From a virus (lineage: Duplodnaviria; Heunggongvirae; Uroviricota; Caudoviricetes), in IMG/VR virus record IMGVR_UViG_2563366822_000009: a stretch of DNA of 11,226 nucleotides; one strand, given 5' to 3'. Shown piece by piece: positions 6,419 through 11,226 of the stretch (its first letter is position 1; the number at the start of each line of letters is the position of its first letter). A program made the translations under genes and the position numbers. The notes beneath the pieces are model-generated. The model was not told the DNA's origin, did no database searches, and was given only the letters and a program-made list of their open reading frames with translations.

Positions 6419-6476
6419 TTTCTGGTGACGTTTGGCGGTATCAGTTTTACTCCGTGACTGCTCTGCCGCCGTTTTT
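6419..6476 (+). ncRNA. dicF: DicF-like small RNA (ftsZ-targeting antisense sRNA of Qin-type prophages) with intrinsic terminator
   Basis: Sequence TTTCTGGTGACGTTTGGCGGTATCAGTTTTACTCCGTGACTGCTCTGCCGCC followed by GTTTTT matches my memory of the roughly 53-nt DicF RNA. GGCGG (6434-6438) / CCGCC (6466-6470) stem followed by a T5 run. Lies about 175 bp upstream of dicB. Confidence 0.6.
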
Positions 6477-6645
6477 AAAGTGAATTTTGTGATGCGGTGA
6501 ATGCGGCTAAGCACACGCGGAACAGTTAAAACCAAAAACAGTGTTATGGGTGGATTCTCTGTATCCGGCGTTAATTGTTAACTGGTTAACGTCACCTGGA
6601 GGCACCAGGCACTGCATCACAAAATTCATTGTTGAGGACGCGATA

Positions 6646-6834
6646 ATGAAAACGTTATTACCAAACGTTAATACGTCTGAAGGTTGTTTTGAAATTGGTG
6701 TCACTATCAGTAACCCTGTATTTACTGAAGATGCCATTAACAAGAGAAAACAAGAACGGGAGCTATTAAATAAAATATGCATTGTTTCAATGCTGGCTCG
6801 TTTACGTCTGATGCCAAAAGGATGTGCACAATGA
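6646..6834 (+). CDS. dicB: Cell-division inhibitor DicB, 62 aa
   Basis: Translation MKTLLPNVNTSEGCFEIGVTISNPVFTEDAINKRKQERELLNKICIVSMLARLRLMPKGCAQ matches my memory of DicB. ATG at 6646 preceded by GAGGA with 7-nt spacing; the track ORF begins further upstream at an unsupported start. Confidence 0.8.
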   Translation: MKTLLPNVNTSEGCFEIGVTISNPVFTEDAINKRKQERELLNKICIVSMLARLRLMPKGCAQ

Positions 6835-7022
6835 ATTCAGCATTTGCGCTTGTTCTGACAGTTTTTCTTGTTTCCGGAGAGCCAGTTGATATTGCAGTCA
6901 GTGTTCACAGGACAATGCAGGAGTGTATGACTGCAGCAACCGAACAGAAAATTCCCGGTAACTGTTACCCGGTCGATAAAGTTATTCACCAGGATAATAT
7001 CGAAATCCCGGCAGGTCTTTAA
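6831..7022 (+). CDS. ydfD: YdfD-like small protein, 63 aa, with hydrophobic N-terminus
   Basis: ATG 6831-6833 overlaps the dicB stop TGA 6832-6834 (ATGA). The N-terminus MNSAFALVLTVFLVSG is hydrophobic. Position after dicB matches ydfD of Qin. Confidence 0.7.
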   Translation: MNSAFALVLTVFLVSGEPVDIAVSVHRTMQECMTAATEQKIPGNCYPVDKVIHQDNIEIPAGL

Positions 7023-7115
7023 AACAGTTCCGTAATAAATATCCGGTTTCATTCTTATATGCCAGCAATGGCAGGGATTTGTTCATCCTTAAATCTGTCA
7101 TGAGGTTAAAACAAA

Positions 7116-9587
7116 ATGAGTAAAGTCTTTATTTGCGCCGCTATTCCTGACGAACTGGCAACAAGGGAAGAAGGCGCTGTGGCTGTAGCCACAGCCATTG
7201 AAGCTGGCGACGAACGCCGTGCTCGAGCAAAATTTCACTGGCAGTTCCTGGAACATTATCCGGCTGCTCAGGACTGCGCTTATAAATTTATTGTCTGCGA
7301 GGATAAACCTGGCATACCCCGCCCTGCCCTCGATTCATGGGATGCTGAATATATGCAGGAAAACCGCTGGGATGAGGAGTCTGCTTCTTTTGTCCCGGTT
7401 GAGACTGAATCCGATCCGATGAACGTCACTTTTGACAAGCTGGCCCCTGAAGTACAGAACGCTGTCATGGTTAAGTTCGACACATGTGAAAACATCACCG
7501 TTGATATGGTTATTAGCGCACAGGAATTGTTGCAGGAAGACATGGCAACATTCGACGGACATATCGTTGAAGCGTTGATGAAAATGCCAGAAGTTAACGC
7601 CATGTATCCGGAGCTTAAGTTGCACGCCATTGGGTGGGTTAAGCATAAATGTATTCCTGGTGCTAAATGGCCCGAAATTCAGGCAGAGATGCGCATCTGG
7701 AAAAAACGTCGCGAAGGTGAACGCAAGGAAACCGGAAAATACACGTCTGTTGTTGATCTCGCCCGCGCCAGAGCCAATCAACAGTACACTGAAAATTCAA
7801 CAGGAAAAATCAGCCCGGTCATTGCTGCCATTCATCGCGAATACAAGCAGACATGGAAAACACTGGATGACGAACTGGCCTACGCTCTCTGGCCTGGTGA
7901 TGTGGATGCCGGAAACATTGACGGCAGCATCCATCGCTGGGCAAAAAAAGAAGTTATCGACAACGACCGCGAAGACTGGAAGCGTATCTCGGCATCAATG
8001 CGCAAACAGCCTGATGCCCTTCGCTACGACCGCCAAACTATTTTTGGCCTTGTCCGTGAGCGTCCGATCGACATTCACAAAGATCCCGTAGCACTGAACA
8101 AATATATCTGCGAATACCTGACGACAAAGGGCGTGTTTGAGAATGAAGAAACAGACCTGGGCACTGTTGATGTTCTCCAGTCATCAGAAACACAAACTGA
8201 TGCAGTGGAAACTGAGGTATCTGATATCCCAAAAAATGAAACCGCGCCGGAAGCTGAACCATCTGTAGAGCGTGAGGGGCCGTTCTATTTCCTCTTCGCA
8301 GGTAAGGACGGAGAAAAATACGGTCGCGCAAACAAACTTTCTGGTCTGGATAAGGCACTGGCTGCTGGCGCCACTGAAATCACAAAAGAAGAATATTTTG
8401 CCCGAAAAAATGGCACATACACGGGCTTACCGCAAAATGTTGATACCGCTGAAAAGACCGAACAACCAGAGCCGATAAAAGTTACCGCTGACGAAGTAAA
8501 CAAAATTATGCAGGCAGCCAATATCAGCCAGCCTGACGCCGATAAGTTGCTTGCTGCATCACGTGGTGAATTTGTTGAAGGGATTAGTGCCCCGAATGAT
8601 CCGAAATGGGTTAAGGGGATCCAGACCCGCGATTCTATGAACCAGAACCAGCATGAATCGGAACGGAACTACCAAAAAGCGGAACAAAACAGCCCAAATG
8701 CGTTACAAAACGAGCCAGAAACGAAACAGCCTGAACCAATGGCGCAACAGGAAGTGGAAAAAGTCTGCACCGCCTGCGGTCAGACCGGCGGCGGCAACTG
8801 CCCTGATTGTGGCGCGGTGATGGGCGACGCAACATACCAAGAAACATTCGATGAAGAGTATCAGGTTGAAGTTCAGGAAGATGATCCGGAGGAAATGGAA
8901 GGCGCTGAACATCCACACAAGGAGAACACTGGCGGCAATCAGCATCACAATAGCGATAATGAAACTGGCGAGACGGCAGATCACTCAATTAAGGTGAACG
9001 GTCATCACGAAATCACATCCACCAGCAGGACGTGTGACCATCTAATGATCGACCTTGAAACCATGGGAAAAAATCCTGATGCCCCGATCATCTCAATAGG
9101 TGCAATATTTTTCGATCCGCAAACCGGAGATATGGGACCGGAATTTAGTAAGACTATCGATCTGGAAACTGCTGGCGGAGTCATTGATCGGGACACCATT
9201 AAATGGTGGCTTAAGCAATCACGCGAAGCGCAATCTGCCATTATGACCGATGAAATCCCGTTAGATGATGCACTGTTACAATTGCGGGAATTTATCGACG
9301 AAAACTCCGGTGAATTTTTTGTTCAGGTTTGGGGAAATGGAGCCAACTTCGACAACACGATTTTGCGCCGTTCATACGAACGGCAGGGGATCCCCTGCCC
9401 GTGGCGTTACTACAACGATCGCGATGTACGCACAATCGTTGAGCTGGGGAAAGCCATAGATTTCGATGCCAGAACGGCTATTCCATTCGAAGGTGAGCGC
9501 CATAATGCACTTGATGACGCCCGTTACCAGGCAAAATACGTTTCAGTTATCTGGCAAAAACTGATCCCGAGTCAGGCTGATTCTTAA
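7116..9587 (+). CDS. Large prophage protein, 823 aa, with C-terminal DnaQ-like DEDDh 3'-5' exonuclease domain; resembles the family annotated exodeoxyribonuclease VIII / YdfE-like in E. coli prophages
   Basis: ATG at 7116, stop TAA 9585-9587. C-terminal motifs seen directly: Exo I MIDLETMG (D646, E648; codon 9051), Exo [10 protein letters not shown] (D746; codon 9351), Exo III HNALDDA (H796, D801; codon 9501). Acidic low-complexity linker with C-x2-C-x7-C-x2-C zinc ribbon at 8766-8810. Segment [31 protein letters not shown] resembles a RecE segment as I recall it. Confidence 0.9.
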   Translation: MSKVFICAAIPDELATREEGAVAVATAIEAGDERRARAKFHWQFLEHYPAAQDCAYKFIVCEDKPGIPRPALDSWDAEYMQENRWDEESASFVPVETESDPMNVTFDKLAPEVQNAVMVKFDTCENITVDMVISAQELLQEDMATFDGHIVEALMKMPEVNAMYPELKLHAIGWVKHKCIPGAKWPEIQAEMRIWKKRREGERKETGKYTSVVDLARARANQQYTENSTGKISPVIAAIHREYKQTWKTLDDELAYALWPGDVDAGNIDGSIHRWAKKEVIDNDREDWKRISASMRKQPDALRYDRQTIFGLVRERPIDIHKDPVALNKYICEYLTTKGVFENEETDLGTVDVLQSSETQTDAVETEVSDIPKNETAPEAEPSVEREGPFYFLFAGKDGEKYGRANKLSGLDKALAAGATEITKEEYFARKNGTYTGLPQNVDTAEKTEQPEPIKVTADEVNKIMQAANISQPDADKLLAASRGEFVEGISAPNDPKWVKGIQTRDSMNQNQHESERNYQKAEQNSPNALQNEPETKQPEPMAQQEVEKVCTACGQTGGGNCPDCGAVMGDATYQETFDEEYQVEVQEDDPEEMEGAEHPHKENTGGNQHHNSDNETGETADHSIKVNGHHEITSTSRTCDHLMIDLETMGKNPDAPIISIGAIFFDPQTGDMGPEFSKTIDLETAGGVIDRDTIKWWLKQSREAQSAIMTDEIPLDDALLQLREFIDENSGEFFVQVWGNGANFDNTILRRSYERQGIPCPWRYYNDRDVRTIVELGKAIDFDARTAIPFEGERHNALDDARYQAKYVSVIWQKLIPSQADS

Positions 9588-9598
9588 TGTTCAACTGT

Positions 9599-9630
9599 CG
9601 CCGGTTGTGACTGGTATTCTGCAACCGGCG
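9599..9630. other. Hairpin (9-bp perfect stem CGCCGGTTG / CAACCGGCG, 14-nt loop) between the exonuclease gene and xis
   Basis: Seen directly. No T-run follows on either strand, so it is not a canonical intrinsic terminator. Confidence 0.4.
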
Positions 9631-9659
9631 CTCGTCTGATGTAAGAGATAAAGAAATCG

Positions 9660-9911
9660 ATGAGCGAAGTAATCATGATTGTCTCTCCCGGCAAATGGGT
9701 ATCCGAAGAGCAGTTAATTGCGCTGAAAGGAATAAAAAAAGGTACGTTAAAAAAGGCCCGGGAAAAATCGTTTATGGAAGGAAGGGAATATAAGCATGTC
9801 GCTCATGACGGTATGCCATGGGATAACAGTCCATGCTTTTACAACCTGGAAGAAATTGATCGCTGGATTGAGCGCCAGGCATCAGCGAGACCAAGACGTC
9901 ATCTTACTTGA
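9660..9911 (+). CDS. xis: Excisionase, lambda Xis-like (83 aa; alternative start at 9675)
   Basis: Small basic protein immediately upstream of and co-oriented with the integrase. The central GREY segment resembles lambda Xis (KDGREYLFHESA). Stop TGA 9909-9911. Confidence 0.7.
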   Translation: MSEVIMIVSPGKWVSEEQLIALKGIKKGTLKKAREKSFMEGREYKHVAHDGMPWDNSPCFYNLEEIDRWIERQASARPRRHLT

Positions 9912-9945
9912 CTAAAAGCCACACTAACTAATGAGAGAAGTTGAA

Positions 9946-11226
9946 ATGAAATATCCGACAGGCGTGGAAAACCATGGAGGGAAATTACGTATCTGGTTTG
10001 TTTATAAAGGCGTAAGAGTCAGGGAAAATCTGGGGGTTCCTGACACAGCAAAAAACAGGCGCGTTGCAGGTGAACTACGCGCCTCTGTTTGTTACGCAAT
10101 AAAAACTGGTGTTTTCGACTATGCAAAACAGTTTCCCTCCTCACGCAATCTGGAAAAATTTGGTGAGGCCCGACAAGATTTAACCATAAAAGAACTGGCT
10201 GAAAAATTTCTGGCACTGAAAGAAACTGAAGTCGCCAAAACATCACTCAACACATACCGTGCCGTCATCAAAAATATCCTGAGCATAATCGGTGAAAAAA
10301 ATCTTGCCTCATCGATTAATAAAGAAAAATTACTGGAGGTTCGTAAAGAGCTACTGACTGGATACCAGATCCCTAAAAGTAACTATATTGTTACACAACC
10401 AGGGAGATCGGCTGTAACTGTAAATAATTACATGACAAATCTTAACGCCGTGTTCCAGTTTGGTGTTGATAACGGTTACCTGGCAGATAATCCGTTTAAG
10501 GGGATCTCGCCATTAAAGGAATCAAGAACCATTCCGGATCCTCTTTCGCGGGAGGAATTTATCCGTCTTATCGATGCGTGCAGAAATCAGCAAGCAAAAA
10601 ATTTATGGTGTGTTTCTGTTTATACTGGCGTTCGCCCTGGTGAGCTGTGTGCACTTGGATGGGAGGACATAGATCTGAAAAATGGAACAATGATGATCAG
10701 GAGAAATTTAGCAAAAGACCGTTTCACGGTACCAAAAACACAGGCGGGAACCAATCGGGTCATTCATCTTATTAAGCCAGCAATCGACGCTCTCCGGAGT
10801 CAGATGACATTAACGAGACTGAGCAAAGAGCATATCATTGATGTTCACCTCAGAGAGTATGGCAGAACAGAAAAACAAAAATGCACCTTTGTTTTTCAAC
10901 CTGAAGTGTCAGCGAGAGTAAAAAATTATGGTGACCATTTTACCGTTGACTCAATAAGGCAGATGTGGGACGCAGCGATAAAACGAGCCGGACTCCGCCA
11001 TCGAAAATCATATCAGTCGAGACATACTTATGCCTGCTGGTCGCTGACAGCTGGTGCTAACCCGGCATTTATAGCAAACCAGATGGGCCATGCAGATGCG
11101 CAAATGGTATTTCAGGTATACGGAAAATGGATGTCTGAAAACAATAATGCACAGGTAGCTTTGTTAAATACACAGTTAAGTGAGTTTGCCCCAACCATGC
11201 CCCATAACGAAGCAATGAAAAATTAA
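9946..11226 (+). CDS. int: Tyrosine-type site-specific integrase (phage integrase family), 426 aa from the ATG at 9946; track start 9931
   Basis: N-terminal arm-binding-like region (YPTGVENHGGKLRIWFVYKGVRVRENLG), then conserved catalytic-region elements: TGVRPGELCALGWEDID, SRHTYA, and C-terminal VFQVYGKWM with the candidate catalytic Tyr. ATG 9946 is preceded by GAGAGAAG with 5-nt spacing. Stop TAA 11224-11226 is the end of the window. Confidence 0.9.
   Translation: MKYPTGVENHGGKLRIWFVYKGVRVRENLGVPDTAKNRRVAGELRASVCYAIKTGVFDYAKQFPSSRNLEKFGEARQDLTIKELAEKFLALKETEVAKTSLNTYRAVIKNILSIIGEKNLASSINKEKLLEVRKELLTGYQIPKSNYIVTQPGRSAVTVNNYMTNLNAVFQFGVDNGYLADNPFKGISPLKESRTIPDPLSREEFIRLIDACRNQQAKNLWCVSVYTGVRPGELCALGWEDIDLKNGTMMIRRNLAKDRFTVPKTQAGTNRVIHLIKPAIDALRSQMTLTRLSKEHIIDVHLREYGRTEKQKCTFVFQPEVSARVKNYGDHFTVDSIRQMWDAAIKRAGLRHRKSYQSRHTYACWSLTAGANPAFIANQMGHADAQMVFQVYGKWMSENNNAQVALLNTQLSEFAPTMPHNEAMKN

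Noticed and set aside
6230-6420. Searched this GC-rich intergenic stretch, and the region around DicF, for a tRNA gene
   Set aside because: No GTTCRANYC T-loop with matching acceptor stem was found by eye; a tRNAscan run would be needed to exclude one formally.
6157-7052. ORFs 6157-6387 (plus), 6507-6782 (minus) and 6837-7052 (minus), and the track's long 5' extensions of dicB (from 6541) and ydfD (from 6777)
   Set aside because: The extensions lack ribosome-binding sites, whereas the internal ATGs at 6646 and 6831 have good ones and give the expected 62- and 63-aa products. The other ORFs overlap the DicF region or the dicB/ydfD genes.
7198-9459. Eleven ORFs of 64-153 aa in other frames or on the opposite strand inside the 823-aa gene (for example 7335-7781 minus, 7630-8091 plus, 8635-8988 minus)
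   Set aside because: All are fully nested in a long ORF with clear conserved motifs and have no independent start context; most likely frame shadows.
10019-10246. 75-aa minus-strand ORF inside the integrase gene
   Set aside because: Nested antisense ORF within a well-supported integrase CDS.

Overview
This window looks like the early/immunity-to-integration arm of a lambdoid enterobacterial prophage of the Qin / dicB-dicF type. All protein and RNA identifications are from reading the translations and sequence by eye; no database search was run. Layout in + coordinates: (1) 1-219, the end of an IS3-family insertion sequence (IS911-like OrfA N-terminus on the minus strand, terminal inverted repeat ending at 219). 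(2) 220-2668, a visibly A+T-rich cargo island carrying one 484-aa protein of unknown function (843-2297, minus) with a PD-(D/E)xK-like residue arrangement. (3) A minus-strand replication module: 133-aa protein, a lambda-O-like initiator (3111-4076) with an iteron origin embedded in its coding sequence, and a 173-aa protein. (4) A divergent Cro-like (dicC-like, 4562-4789, minus) / CI-like (dicA-like, 4870-5277, plus) switch with three copies of a TGTTAGA-N4-TCTAACA operator palindrome. (5) A plus-strand dicB-type operon: YdfA-like small protein, a 121-aa ORF, a DicF-like sRNA (6419-6476), DicB (62 aa) and YdfD-like (63 aa) with ATGA-overlapping junction, interrupted by a convergent 66-aa minus-strand ORF and a long-range inverted repeat. 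(6) An 823-aa protein (7116-9587) ending in a DEDDh 3'-5' exonuclease domain, with no adjacent annealase. (7) A Xis-like excisionase and a tyrosine integrase whose stop codon is the last base of the window, so the attachment site lies just outside. The best candidates for something undescribed are the 484-aa A+T-rich cargo gene, the domain architecture of the orphan 823-aa exonuclease, and the convergent small gene inside the dicB-type operon.
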